Shown here in pieces: positions 63,810 through 64,000 of a stretch of DNA of 64,000 nt. Both the position numbers and the translations under genes were made by a program. Within the stretch, counting starts at the first letter, position 1; each line of letters starts with the position of its first letter. The notes below the pieces were generated by a model that saw nothing but the letters and a program-made list of their open reading frames with translations, made no database searches and was not told the DNA's origin. Source of the stretch: Lytechinus pictus (lineage: Eukaryota). The stretch lies in contig NC_087245.1 of NCBI RefSeq assembly GCF_037042905.1, forward strand, positions 23,686,001 to 23,750,000. Direction: 5' to 3'.

Positions 63810-64000
63810 GTAAGTTTGAATGTTATAGTAAATGATTGATATCAAATGAGATGCATTGCTTGAAAAATCTCCTTTCCTCTGCATTGTGAAAGTCAGTTAT
63901 GTGACATACAGTGTTGTACAACGCCTACTTAGCTTGTTGTACGCGAGCAAATGGGAGACTGAATGTCAAATATTTGCACCGTTGCACACACGACGTACCA

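Overview
AT-rich, intron- and transposon-rich animal DNA. The gene content and repeat style suggest a sea urchin such as Lytechinus, but this is inference. Two divergently transcribed multi-exon genes can be reconstructed by hand from GT-AG boundaries. (1) Minus strand, 27734->6314: 15 coding exons, 1782 nt (593 aa), predicted secreted protein with a signal peptide, an unrecognised 62-aa 3-Cys module, 11 one-exon-each EGF repeats and a terminal SRCR domain (fibropellin/Notch-like EGFs, no transmembrane segment). (2) Plus strand, 47458->beyond the window: ARMC8 (GID5 subunit of the CTLH E3 ligase), with 14 exons and 414 codons visible. The rest is mostly non-autonomous DNA transposons (hAT-like, Kolobok-like, Harbinger-like, Tc1-like, EnSpm-like), one decayed L2 LINE, tRNA-SINEs and microsatellites. 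The most notable non-genic structures are: twin, apparently identical 2748-bp hAT elements with different 8-bp TSDs; a nested transposon stack that splits one (AGAGT)n array; two inverted copies of an 838-bp element with only 5-bp termini and 9-bp TSDs in ARMC8 intron 1; and a 155-bp palindrome with a 1-nt spacer in ARMC8 intron 6. There are no prokaryotic systems, CRISPR arrays or intact transposase genes. Most ORFs in the supplied track are spurious, and all coordinates were read by eye.
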